Assembly (NCBI GenBank): GCA_963780895.1
Contig: CAWAEG010000001.1
Span: forward strand, 522,179-586,178
DNA length: 64,000 nt
Source of the DNA: an uncultured Acidobacteriota bacterium
GTDB taxonomy: Bacteria; Acidobacteriota; Vicinamibacteria; Vicinamibacterales; SCN-69-37
Reading direction: 5' to 3'
This document shows positions 11,541-25,915 of the stretch, one piece after another. The translations under genes and the position numbers were made by a program. Under the pieces are notes generated by a model. That model was not told where the DNA came from and did not search any database. It was given only the letters and a program-made list of their open reading frames with translations. Each line of letters begins with the position of its first letter. The first letter of the stretch is position 1.

Positions 11541-11983
11541 TCAGGCCCAAGGGGAAAGGCCCAAGGCCCAAGTTCGGAAAGATCGAGGCATTTGACGGGA
11601 TCCAGCTACAGCGGAGAGACCCGACGTTGCAGATTCAGCAGAGGTTCAATTGGCGAAGTACGAAAGTTTTCGAGAGCTGTTCGCCTGGCAAAAGGGGATG
11701 GACCTTGCGGAGAAGATCCATCACGCGACGCGATCCTTCGCAACTGGAGCTCTGCAAGCGCCTCTTGCTGATCAACCGGGACTCAGTCCGCGAGCTTCAG
11801 CGCCTTGCCGAAGAAGTCGGTCGCCTTCTCTTCGGTTTGTGGAGGTCTCTTTTCGCAGAGGCCGTCTGTTATTCTTTGGTATTGCTCGCAGTGTTTTCGA
11901 GCATGCCGTGGGCCCTGTTCCAAATCTTACGTCTCTGAGGGTGATTTCTTGCTTGGGCCTTGGGCCTTTCCCCTAGGGCCTGA
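11541..11983. other. 443-bp intergenic element bounded by 32-nt inverted repeats, carrying a decayed four-helix-bundle gene
   Basis: TCAGGCCCAAGGGGAAAGGCCCAAGGCCCAAG (11541-11572) versus CTTGGGCCTTGGGCCTTTCCCCTAGGGCCTGA (11952-11983) are 31/32 complementary. The element sits between divergent leuC and uvrD. Confidence 0.7.
11650..11860 (+). pseudogene. Remnant of a four-helix-bundle (23S rRNA intervening-sequence protein family) gene, internally deleted and frameshifted
   Basis: The N-terminus MAKYESFRELFAWQKGMDLAEKIHHATRSF matches the family start (F..L.VWQKA..L...IY..T..FP). The family C-terminus QLELCKRLLLINRDSVRELQRLAEEVGRLLFGLWRSL is present in a different frame. The middle ~50 residues of the family are missing. 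Confidence 0.7.
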
Positions 11984-11994
11984 ACACCGTCTCC

Positions 11995-14279
11995 ATGGAC
12001 CTTCTGTCGTCTCTGAACCCCGCTCAGCAGGAAGCCGTCCTCCACACCGAGGGGCCTCTGCTGATCCTCGCCGGCGCCGGCTCCGGGAAGACGCGCGTCA
12101 TCACCACCCGCATGGCGCATCTCATTGCCAGCGGTCTGGCCCAGCCGGGACAAGTACTCGCGGTGACGTTCACGAACAAGGCCGCCGAGGAGATGCGCGG
12201 CCGGGTCCAGCAGTTGCTCGGCGAGGATTGCCGGCAGATCTGGCTCTCGACGTTTCATTCGCTCTGCGCGCGGCTGCTGAGGCGGGAGGCGCCGGCGATC
12301 GGCCTCGAGCGCGACTTCGTCATCTACGACGCGTCCGATCAGCTGTCGGTCGTCCGGCAGGCGATGAAAGAGCTCGGGATCGACGACAAGCTGATCCCCC
12401 CCGCGCGGCGCTGGCGCGCATCAGCCAGGCCAAGAACCGCATGGAAACGGCCGGCGAGATGCGCGCGGTCAGCTCGAATTACCGGGACGAACAGATCGGC
12501 AAGATCTCTGAGCGCTACGTCAAGACGCTCGACAACGCCGGCGCGCTCGATTTCGACGACCTGCTGCTGAAGACCGTCGAGCTGGTGGAAACCAGCCAGA
12601 AAACGCGCGAGTTCTACGCGCACAAGTTCAAGTACATCCTCGTCGACGAATACCAGGACACCAACCGGCCGCAATACCTGTTGATCCGCCGCTTCGCCGA
12701 AGTACACCGGAACCTGTGCGTCGTGGGGGATCCGGATCAGTCCATTTACCGCTGGCGTGGCGCCGACCTCCGCAACATCCTCGACTTCGAGCGCGACTTT
12801 CCCGACGTCCACGTCGTGAAGCTCGAGCAGAACTACCGCTCCACGCAGGTGATTCTCGACGCGGCCTCGGCCGTGATCAGCCGCAACCGCAACCGGAAAG
12901 ACAAACAGCTGTGGACCGACCAGGCCGGCGGCGAACGAATCCTGTACGTCCGCGCGCCGGACGAGATCGAAGAGGCCGATTTCATCACGCGAACGATCCG
13001 GGAGTCGCACGCGGCGAAATCCGAGACGACCACGGCGGTGCTGTATCGCACGAACGCGCAGTCGCGCGCGATTGAAGACGCGCTGATGCGCGAGGGCGTG
13101 CCGTACCGCATCATCGGCGGCGTCCGGTTCTACGAGCGCAAGGAGATCAAGGACGCGCTCGCCTTCATGCGGCTGCTCATCAACCCGCACGACGACGTGA
13201 GTTTCAGACGGGTCGCCAACGTGCCCGCGCGCGGGATCGGGCGCGCGGTCTTCGAGTCGGTCGAACGGGTCGAGATCGAGCATCCTGACGCGGACACGCC
13301 GTTGCTCGCCGATCCGGGGGCCGCGGCCGGCCGCACGCCGCGATCGCTGTGGACGCGGCTCGAGGAGACGCTCCGTCAGCGTCCGCTCCAGCCGCGTGCG
13401 CTCGCGGCGCTGAAGTCATTCCACGATTTGATCACCGGCCTTCAGGCCGAGGTTCCCAAATCGAGCGTGTCGATCGTGCTGGGCCTCATTCTCGATCGAA
13501 CCGGATACCTTCGCGAGCTGCGGGAGTCGAAGAGCGAAGAGGCCGAAGCGCGGCTCGAAAACCTGATGGAGCTCGTCTCGGCCGCGCAGGAGTACGAAAT
13601 GCGCGACGACGAGCCGTCACTGGGCGGCTTCGTCGACCGCCTGTCGCTGCTCTCCGAGGCCGAGGAAGCCGACGGCGCATCGGCGGAAGCCGCCCGCGTC
13701 TGGCTGATGAGCATGCACGCCGCCAAGGGCCTCGAGTTCCCGACGGTCATCGTGGCGGGCATGGAGGAGGGCCTCTTCCCCCATTCGCGGTCGGCTGACG
13801 ACGAAGAGGAGATGGAGGAGGAGCGGCGGGTCTGCTACGTGAGTCTCACGCGTGCGCGGCAGCGTCTGATCCTCACCAGCGCCGCCCGCCGGCGCGTCTT
13901 CGGCGAATATCAGCAGACGCAGCCGTCCCGCTTCCTGAGCGAGATTCCGGACGAGCTCATCCAGCGCGTCGAGCCGGCGGCCCAGCACGCCCGCTGGCAC
14001 GCGACGCCGTACGAGCTCCGCAACCCGTACGGACGCAAGCCGGGCTACGACGGCACGCGCGCACGTGACACCGATGGCCGACCGTTTTCCTACGAGAACG
14101 AAGATCAATCAACGCCGGCGGCCGTCCGCACCGGTATGAAGGTTCGCCACCGCCAGTTCGGCGTCGGAACCGTCGTCGCGGTGGAAGAGCAGGGCGACGA
14201 CTTCAAAGTAACCGTCAGATTCGCGGCAGTCGGGACGAAAAAGCTCATGGCACGCTATGCGGGATTAGAGAGGGCCTGA
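11995..14279 (+). CDS. uvrD: ATP-dependent DNA helicase UvrD/PcrA, reading frame broken in a C7 homopolymer
   Basis: ORF 11995..12570 gives MDLLSSLNPAQQEAVLHTEGPLLILAGAGSGKTRVIT...KELGIDDKLIPP. The frame of ORF 11805..14279 continues RAALARISQAKNRMET...ILVDEYQDTNRPQY...VGDPDQSIYRWRGA...QNYRST...VSLTRARQRL. The switch lies in the C run at 12396-12402. Confidence 0.9.
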
Positions 14280-14315
14280 AAAGCACGGGCCTTCGAGGGT
14301 GGTTCTGGGGTTCCC

Positions 14316-19609
<5,294 letters not shown>

Positions 19610-19610
19610 A

Positions 19611-20717
19611 TCAGATTCTCATCGGCATGATCACGTAGGTGTAGTCATACCCTTCGGCGCCGATTGGCTTCACGACCGCCTGGCTCATCTCGTCCTTGAA
19701 CTCGAGCTGCACCCCCTCGGTCTCGACCACGCTGAGGAAGTTGTCCACGTAGTCTGCGTTGAAGCAGATCTGCATCGCGCCGCCGGCGAATTCGACCGGC
19801 AGCACCTCGTGCGCTTCGCCCACCTCCGGCGTGCTTGACGTGATTTCCACCTGATCTTTCGCGATGACGAACTTCACGGCCTTCGATCGCTCGTTCGAGA
19901 GCAGCCGGACGCGGCGGACGGCCGCGGCCAGCCGGTCCCGGTCGAATTCGATTTTCTTGTCGTTCGTCTTCGGAATCACGCGTTCGTACGCGGGAAAATT
20001 CGCGTCGATCTTCCGCGAGATGAGCAGCCGTCCGTCCGCGCGGAAGAAGAGATGGTTTTCACCCTGCGAGAACTCGACGGCGCTGCCGCCATCGATGAGC
20101 CGCGCCACTTCGTTCAGCGTCTTCCTGGGCAGCAGCACGTCACTCTTGACCCCTTTTCCGGGCGATTCGTGCACGCTGATGTAGGCCAGCCGGTGGCCGT
20201 CGGTCGCTACCATGCTCATCGAATCCGGCCGCAGCACGAGCTGCGCGCCGTTCAAGAAGTAGCGCGTGTCTTCACTCGTGATCGCGAAGCGCGTGTGTGA
20301 AATCATGCGCTTGAGCGCCGGCCCGGGAAGCGAGGCTTCGACACTGCCCGCTTCCTCGGGTGGCGTCGGAAACTCGCTCGCGGGCAGCGTCTGCATCCGC
20401 GACTCGAATCGATCGGCGGCGACGGTCACGCTCTTGCCGCCTTTGTCCTCTTCGATGCGGATCTCGGTGTCCGGCAGCGCGTTCACGATCTCGAACAGCT
20501 TCTTCGCGGGCAACGTGAGCGTGCCCGGCTTGCCGACCGTCGCGTCGCACCGGCTGCGCAGTCCAACGTCGAGATCCGTCGCGAGCAGCGCAAGCTGATT
20601 CTTCGACGCTTCGAGCAGCACGTTGGCGAGAATCGGGATCGTGTTCTTCCGTTCGACGATCCCCTGCAGCAGAGACAGTTCTTTCAGAAGATCGTTCTTT
20701 CGAACTACAAGTTCCAT
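19611..20717 (-). CDS. dnaN: DNA polymerase III beta sliding clamp
   Basis: ORF 19611..20813. The likely start is Met33 at 20717 (MELVVRKNDLLKELSLLQGIVERKNTIPILANVLLEA...), giving the usual ~368 aa. Confidence 0.93.
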   Translation of the reverse strand: MELVVRKNDLLKELSLLQGIVERKNTIPILANVLLEASKNQLALLATDLDVGLRSRCDATVGKPGTLTLPAKKLFEIVNALPDTEIRIEEDKGGKSVTVAADRFESRMQTLPASEFPTPPEEAGSVEASLPGPALKRMISHTRFAITSEDTRYFLNGAQLVLRPDSMSMVATDGHRLAYISVHESPGKGVKSDVLLPRKTLNEVARLIDGGSAVEFSQGENHLFFRADGRLLISRKIDANFPAYERVIPKTNDKKIEFDRDRLAAAVRRVRLLSNERSKAVKFVIAKDQVEITSSTPEVGEAHEVLPVEFAGGAMQICFNADYVDNFLSVVETEGVQLEFKDEMSQAVVKPIGAEGYDYTYVIMPMRI

Positions 20718-21067
20718 GGATTGAGGCGACCTCGCGCTCTGCTGCGAGAGACAGGTCTCGGGGACAGGTTTTGAGTTCGAAACCTGTCCCCCGCCCGTCC
20801 CCGATCCCGACATGAGCTACGGAAGATCAGAAAGACAAAGAATTATAACAAGAAGAAGGGCCTGTTGGGGCATGAAAACGCCTGTGCAACTCCATTTGAA
20901 TCAGACACTTAGCCTGTGGATGTTTCAGCGGGTATCCGACGCGTACCATACCATCCGATCTGTGCAAAAACGGGGGTCGGCGCGCCGTCCACAGACCGCC
21001 AGACAGGCCCTCTGTGCAAATCCCACGCAGGCTCCCGGTGGTGGCCTTCGGCAGACCCCGGAATTGC
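20718..21067. other. dnaA-dnaN intergenic region with an AT-rich tract and weak DnaA-box-like sites (possible second part of oriC)
   Basis: AGATCAGAAAGACAAAGAATTATAACAAGAAGAAG (about 20824-20858) is conspicuously AT-rich for this sequence. TGTGGATGT lies near 20915. TCTGTGCAAA occurs twice (20959 and 21011). Confidence 0.4.
20760..20791 (-). other. Perfect 12-bp stem hairpin ~45 nt upstream of dnaN
   Basis: GGGGACAGGTTT-TGAGTTCG-AAACCTGTCCCC, read directly. The function (attenuator, processing or binding site) is unknown. Confidence 0.5.
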
Positions 21068-22411
21068 TCACCGAACCGACTCGACGAAGGTGTTGATAAG
21101 GCTGTTGAAGGCTGCGTCGCGCTGCCGGAGCTCCTCGACTTTTCGAATCGAGTGGATGACGGTCGAGTGATGTTTGCCGCCGAAGCTCTTGCCGATTTCC
21201 GGCAGCGACGCGCTCGTGAGCGACTTGCAGAGATACATCGCCACCTGGCGCGGCATCGCGATGGATTTCGAGTTGTTGCGTGACTTGAGATCGTTGATCT
21301 TGAGTTTGTAGTAGTCGGCCACGAACTTCTGAATGGCGTCGATCGTGACCGCCCGTTGATCGTGCCGAAGCACGTCGCGGAGCGTTTCCTGCGCCAGGGC
21401 CATCGAGATTTCCCTGCCCGTGAGCGAGGCGTACGCGAGAAGCCGGATGAGCGAACCTTCCAGCTCGCGGACGTTCGACTTGATCCGGCCCGCGATGAAG
21501 AGCGCCACATCGTCGGGCAGCGGCACGCCTTCGGCCTCGGCTTTTCGCTTCAAAATCGCGATTTTCGTCTCGAGATCGGGTGACTGGATATCGGCAATCA
21601 GGCCCCATTCGAAGCGGCTCCGCAGGCGTTCCTCGAGCTCGGTGATCTGATGCGGCGGCTGATCGCTGCTGATGACGATCTGTTTCTGCGCGTCGTGCAG
21701 CGCGTTGAACGTGTGGAAGAACTCGGTCTGCGTCCGTTCCTTGCCGACGATGAACTGGATATCGTCGACGAGGAGCACATCCACGCCCCGATACCGTTCC
21801 CGGAATTCCAGGATGCGGTCGTACCGAATCGCGTTGATGACTTCGTTCATGAAGCGTTCGGCCGAGATGTAGGTCAGCTTCAACCCGGGACTGTGCGTGA
21901 GCACGTAGTGGCCGATCGCGTGCATGAGATGCGTCTTGCCAAGACCCACGCCGCCGTAGAGGAAGAGCGGATTGTAGGAGCGTGACGGCGCCTCGGCGAC
22001 CGCGCGGCAGGCCGCGTGCGCGAATTGATTGGACGCCCCGACGATGAACGCGTCGAAGGAGTAGCGCGGGCTGAGGCCGACCACCTCGCTCGGCGAGGCC
22101 GCTTCCGGCGGCTTTTCTGGCGAAGGCTCCGCGGCTGATGGAGACGATTCTTCCGGCGTGTCGGGCTCCGCGCCGTCGGGGACGAACTTGAGCGCCGCGC
22201 CTTGACGGCCGACTTCGGCGAGCGCCTCGCCGATCACGCCGGCGTAGTGTTTCGTGAGCCAATCGACGACCATCGGATCGGCGACGCGGATCGTGATCGT
22301 GTTGCCGTTGTCGCCAAGGAGGGAGGTCTGCCTGAACCAGCTGTAGTAGCTGAACCGGTTGACCTTGGTCTCGATCCGTGCGAGGACGCTGTCCCAGATC
22401 GTGCCGGTCAT
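21068..22411 (-). CDS. dnaA: Chromosomal replication initiator protein DnaA
   Basis: ORF 21068..22543. The likely start is Met45 at 22411 (MTGTIWDSVLARIETKV...). Walker A is LFLYGGVGLGKTHL. The C-terminus is ...KSFGGKHHSTVIHSIRKVEEL (DnaA signature). Confidence 0.95.
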   Translation of the reverse strand: MTGTIWDSVLARIETKVNRFSYYSWFRQTSLLGDNGNTITIRVADPMVVDWLTKHYAGVIGEALAEVGRQGAALKFVPDGAEPDTPEESSPSAAEPSPEKPPEAASPSEVVGLSPRYSFDAFIVGASNQFAHAACRAVAEAPSRSYNPLFLYGGVGLGKTHLMHAIGHYVLTHSPGLKLTYISAERFMNEVINAIRYDRILEFRERYRGVDVLLVDDIQFIVGKERTQTEFFHTFNALHDAQKQIVISSDQPPHQITELEERLRSRFEWGLIADIQSPDLETKIAILKRKAEAEGVPLPDDVALFIAGRIKSNVRELEGSLIRLLAYASLTGREISMALAQETLRDVLRHDQRAVTIDAIQKFVADYYKLKINDLKSRNNSKSIAMPRQVAMYLCKSLTSASLPEIGKSFGGKHHSTVIHSIRKVEELRQRDAAFNSLINTFVESVR

Positions 22412-22800
22412 CCTGAAAACCCCGCCCGATTCAGCCCACCGAAGCCCCGGTACCGGCCCGAGCCGCGCATGCTCGCGACCCCTCAAAATACCCCAAAAAC
22501 CAGCCAGTACTCCCCGGAACCACAGGCAGACGGCGCAGCGCAAGTCTCCTGAATACGGAGGGTTAGACGTATCCGGTGCAAAAACCTTCGGATTTCCACA
22601 GCTTTTTCCACAGTTGTGGAAAACTTTCCGGGAGGCCGCCCCCTGGCTGGCGGGGGCCGGAATCTACCATAGCGGTTGGTCGCAGACAACGACTAAGACC
22701 TTTGAGGGCGTTTTGTGACGGCTCGTCAAACGACCGTAGAGGTCTTTAGTGCTACGATCCAGGTTTCTTCAGGTCGTATTGAGCCTCTTCAGGGAGTCCA
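22412..22800. other. Candidate oriC (dnaA-rpmH intergenic region at the coding-strand switch)
   Basis: dnaA, dnaN, gyrB and gyrA immediately to the left are on the minus strand. rpmH through the atp operon to the right are on the plus strand. The region contains a cluster of three DnaA-box-like 9-mers. Confidence 0.6.
22592..22623. promoter_or_regulatory. Cluster of three DnaA-box-like 9-mers
   Basis: ATTTCCACA (22592-22600), TTTTCCACA (22604-22612) and inverted TGTGGAAAA (22615-22623). These are 7-8 of 9 matches to TTATCCACA. Confidence 0.65.
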
Positions 22801-22938
22801 ATGAAGCGCACGTTTCAACCCAATCGCCGCCGCCGCCGGCGCACGCATGGGTTCCTGGTGCGTATGCGCACCAAGAACGGCCGTCTCGTTCTCAAACGCC
22901 GTCGGTCAAAAGGACGCAAGCGACTGTCGGTGAGCTGA
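22801..22938 (+). CDS. rpmH: 50S ribosomal protein L34
   Basis: Too short for the ORF track. ATG at 22801 gives [45 protein letters not shown], with TGA at 22936-22938. Confidence 0.95.
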   Translation: MKRTFQPNRRRRRRTHGFLVRMRTKNGRLVLKRRRSKGRKRLSVS

Positions 22939-22990
22939 GAGACCTGAGAATCCCGGGACTTGGGGATCATCTCATCGTCACCATATTCCC

Positions 22991-23350
22991 GTGTCGAAGT
23001 TCACGGCCGGTTCCCGGCTTCGCGCGCGCCACGAGTTCATCGCGGTGCAGGATGCGGGACGCCGTGTGGCTACGCGGTACATGACGCTGCTCGGCCGGGT
23101 GAACGCGCTCGAGCGCGATCGTCTCGGGATTGTCGCGTCGCGCAAGCTGGGCGGAGCGGTCCTGCGGAACCGCGCGAAGCGGCGCCTCCGCGAAGTGTTT
23201 CGCCGGGGCCTCTTGCCAGGCGCGCGACCGCCAAGCGATCGCACGCTCGATCTGGTCGTGATTGCGCGGCGTGATCTGGTCGACGCGCCGTTCGCGCTGG
23301 TCGAGGCCGATTTTCAGAATGCGCTCCGCCGGCTGCGGAGCTCGAGGTAG
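22991..23350 (+). CDS. rnpA: Ribonuclease P protein component
   Basis: Position directly after rpmH. RLRARHEFIAVQDAGRRVATRYMTLL...IVASRKLGGAVLRNRAKRRLRE (RnpA basic motif). Confidence 0.88.
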   Translation: MSKFTAGSRLRARHEFIAVQDAGRRVATRYMTLLGRVNALERDRLGIVASRKLGGAVLRNRAKRRLREVFRRGLLPGARPPSDRTLDLVVIARRDLVDAPFALVEADFQNALRRLRSSR

Positions 23351-23357
23351 GTAGGTC

Positions 23358-23684
23358 TTGCGAACTTGGAACTTCAAACTTCGAACTTCAAACTCCGGAG
23401 ACGGAGCGTGGAGAATCGGGGTGCTCCTCGGCGTCGGGTTGATTCGGGCCTATCAGCTTGCGCTCGGCCCGTTTGCCGGAGGCGCCTGCCGGTTCCATCC
23501 GTCATGCTCCGAGTACGCACGGCAGGCGGTGGAGGAGCACGGACTGCTTCGCGGGATCGGGCTTGCGATCCGACGCGTGTCACGTTGTCATCCGTTCGCC
23601 CGGCCAGGCATCGATCCCGTTCCGCCGCCATCTCACGCTCGAGGGACACGTCTCCCGAATGAGACCTGTTCCCGGCGGCCGTAA
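23358..23684 (+). CDS. yidD: Membrane protein insertion efficiency factor YidD
   Basis: LIRAYQLALGPFAGGACRFHPSCSEYARQAVEEHGLLRGIGLAIRRVSRCHPF. The first ~15 listed codons are encoded by a dispersed repeat, so the real start is probably downstream (for example GTG near 23421). Confidence 0.85.
   Translation: MRTWNFKLRTSNSGDGAWRIGVLLGVGLIRAYQLALGPFAGGACRFHPSCSEYARQAVEEHGLLRGIGLAIRRVSRCHPFARPGIDPVPPPSHARGTRLPNETCSRRP
23361..23394. repeat. GAACTTCGAACTTCAAACT-family repeat
   Basis: CGAACTTGGAACTTCAAACTTCGAACTTCAAACT lies between rnpA and the conserved part of yidD. Confidence 0.7.
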
Positions 23685-23699
23685 GGACGCGCGGCCCTC

Positions 23700-25424
23700 A
23701 TGGAAAAGCGCGTCTTCCTCGCGATTTTTCTCTGTTTCATCGTCGTCTGGGTGTGGCAGGCGTATTTCGTTCCGAAGCCGCCGCCCCCGGCGCTGACACC
23801 GGCTGCGCCAGGCAGCCCGGTGACGCCCGGCGCTCCGCCGACCGAGAACCCCGCGGCCGCCGCCGTGCCTCCGCCTGCTGCTGTCCCTGAAACACCGGGC
23901 GCCGCGCCGCTCGTGGCCGACGCAGCCGCGCGCGACATTCTGATCGAGACTGATTCGGTTCGCGCCGTCTTCTCGACGGCCGGCGCGGTCCTGAAGAGCT
24001 GGAAGCTCAAGAATTACCAGGACGACAATCGCCAACCGCTCGAGCTCGTGCCCCAGGACGTGCCGCCCGGCACGGCGCGGCCCTTCACGCTCGTGACCGA
24101 CGACGCGGGGCTGACGCAAACGCTGTCGCGCGCGCTCTTCAAACCGAGCAAAGAGGGGCTCTCGCTGGGTTCGGCGGCGGGCACGCTGAGCTTTCAGTAT
24201 CAGGATATGTCCGGTCTGAACGCGCGCAAGACGTTCTATTTCCAGCCCGACGGCCACGCGTACGTCGTCAACGTCGAAGCCGCGATTGACGTCGGCGGCG
24301 CGCCGAAGGCGGTCGAGATCGACTGGGGTCCCGCGCTGGGCCTCGGGTACAGCCCGGATGGATCGCAGTCGGTGCCGGTGCGCGCGATCCAGTTTCGCAA
24401 CGACGACGTCGAGCGGTTCACGGCCGACGAGGTCCGGGAGCAGGGCCGTTACGACGGTCCGCTTCGGTACGCCGGCGTGGACGAACACTACTTTCTGAGC
24501 GCCGCGCTGCCGGGTACGCAGACGGTCACGGTCCAGTACACGCCGTTGACGCTGCCAGTGGCCGGGAACACCGAAGGGCTCGTCCGCACGCTCATCGGTT
24601 ACCGCGTCCGCGTCCAATCTCCGACCCAGGGCGCCGCCACGCTGCCGTATTTCATGGGTCCGAAGGACTTCGACCTCCTGAAGGCGGTCGACGTCCAGCT
24701 CTCGCGCGCGATCGACTTCGGCATGTTTGCCTGGCTCGTCGTGCCGCTGCTGCAGTCGTTGAAATGGATCAACGGCTACCTCGGCAATTTCGGGTGGTCG
24801 ATCATCATCCTCACGTTGCTCATCAACTTCGCGATGTTCCCGCTGCGGCACAAGAGCATGGTCTCGATGCGCAAGATGCAGGCGCTGCAGCCGGAGGTCA
24901 AGTCGATCCAGGACCGCTACGCGAAGTACAAGCTGACCGACCCCGAGCGCCAGAAGATGAACCAGGAGATGATGGCGCTCTACAAGCAGAAGGGCGTGAA
25001 CCCGGCGAGCGGCTGCGTGCCGATGCTGCTCACCATGCCGGTGCTCTTCGCCTTCTACCAGATGCTCGCGGCGGCGATCGAGCTTCGCGGTGCGCCGTTC
25101 GTCGGATGGATCACCGACCTCGCCAAGATGGATCCCTGGTTCATCACGCCAATCATCATGGGCGGGACGATGTTCTGGCAGCAGAGGATGATGCCGACGT
25201 CGGCCGATCCCGTGCAGGCGAAGATGTTCATGTTCATGCCGCTGATCTTCACGGTGATGTTCCTGTGGGCGCCGAGCGGCCTGGTCCTCTACTGGCTGGT
25301 GAGCAACGTCATGACGATCGGCCAGCAGTACCTCACGAACCGCATCATCGGCGCGCCGGTGCGTCCGCCCCAACCGCCTCGCGCCGTGCCTGCCACCGCC
25401 GACAAGATCAGGAAGCGATCATGA
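23700..25424 (+). CDS. yidC: Membrane protein insertase YidC
   Basis: 574 aa with an N-terminal TM segment, a periplasmic domain and the conserved C-terminal core (...GWSIIILTLLINFAMFPLRHKSMVSMRKMQALQPEVKSIQDRY...GCVPMLLTMPVLFAFY). Confidence 0.93.
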   Translation: MEKRVFLAIFLCFIVVWVWQAYFVPKPPPPALTPAAPGSPVTPGAPPTENPAAAAVPPPAAVPETPGAAPLVADAAARDILIETDSVRAVFSTAGAVLKSWKLKNYQDDNRQPLELVPQDVPPGTARPFTLVTDDAGLTQTLSRALFKPSKEGLSLGSAAGTLSFQYQDMSGLNARKTFYFQPDGHAYVVNVEAAIDVGGAPKAVEIDWGPALGLGYSPDGSQSVPVRAIQFRNDDVERFTADEVREQGRYDGPLRYAGVDEHYFLSAALPGTQTVTVQYTPLTLPVAGNTEGLVRTLIGYRVRVQSPTQGAATLPYFMGPKDFDLLKAVDVQLSRAIDFGMFAWLVVPLLQSLKWINGYLGNFGWSIIILTLLINFAMFPLRHKSMVSMRKMQALQPEVKSIQDRYAKYKLTDPERQKMNQEMMALYKQKGVNPASGCVPMLLTMPVLFAFYQMLAAAIELRGAPFVGWITDLAKMDPWFITPIIMGGTMFWQQRMMPTSADPVQAKMFMFMPLIFTVMFLWAPSGLVLYWLVSNVMTIGQQYLTNRIIGAPVRPPQPPRAVPATADKIRKRS

Positions 25425-25879
25425 CCTCAGAACTCGACGCCAAAGTGATCGACTTTGTCCGCCAGGTGACCGGAGCCATGGGGCTCGACCTGGAGGTCGC
25501 GATCGAGGAGACGCCGGACAACATCCGTCTGAACCTGACGGGCGAAGGTGCCGAGGCGTTGGTGCAGCGGAGGGGCGAAACACTCGACGCGCTGCAGGTC
25601 ATCGTCAACACCGCCTTCCGGCGCGACGCCCGCGGCGACCGCCACTACGTCGTGGACGCGATGGGATTCCGCAAGGACAAGGACGCCGAACTGCGCCAGA
25701 TGGCGCAGTTGCTGATGGACAAGGTGAGGGCATCGGGCGCGCCCCAGGAAATCGGCCCGCTCAATCCCTACGCCCGCCGAATCGTCCACCTCACCGTCGC
25801 CGAAGACACGACCCTGTCTTCGGAAAGCATCGGAGACGCATTTCTCAAGTCGGTCGTCATTTCCAAAAAGATCGACTGA
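25421..25879 (+). CDS. jag: Jag/KhpB-type RNA-binding protein (KH + R3H)
   Basis: The ATG at 25421 overlaps the yidC stop (ATGA). MTSELDAKVIDFVRQVTGAMGLDLEV...PLNPYARRIVHLTVAED (R3H). Confidence 0.82.
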   Translation: MTSELDAKVIDFVRQVTGAMGLDLEVAIEETPDNIRLNLTGEGAEALVQRRGETLDALQVIVNTAFRRDARGDRHYVVDAMGFRKDKDAELRQMAQLLMDKVRASGAPQEIGPLNPYARRIVHLTVAEDTTLSSESIGDAFLKSVVISKKID

Positions 25880-25915
25880 CGGGAATCGCGCGATAAATCC
25901 ATAGCTCGATAGCCC

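Noticed and set aside
10961-11938. 325-aa + strand ORF across leuC and the leuC-uvrD spacer
   Set aside because: Most of it is antisense to leuC. Only the short segment QLELCKRLLLINRDSVRELQRLAEEVGRLLFGLWRSL is meaningful, and it belongs to the four-helix-bundle gene remnant.
23361-23394. CTTCAAA-containing repeats as possible tRNA-Sec (anticodon loop CUUCAAA) or other tRNA genes
   Set aside because: No acceptor, D or T arms can be drawn around them. They are simple tandem GAACTTC(G/A)AA units found at five loci. No tRNA-like T-loop (GGTTCGAATCC with flanking stem) was seen anywhere in the window.
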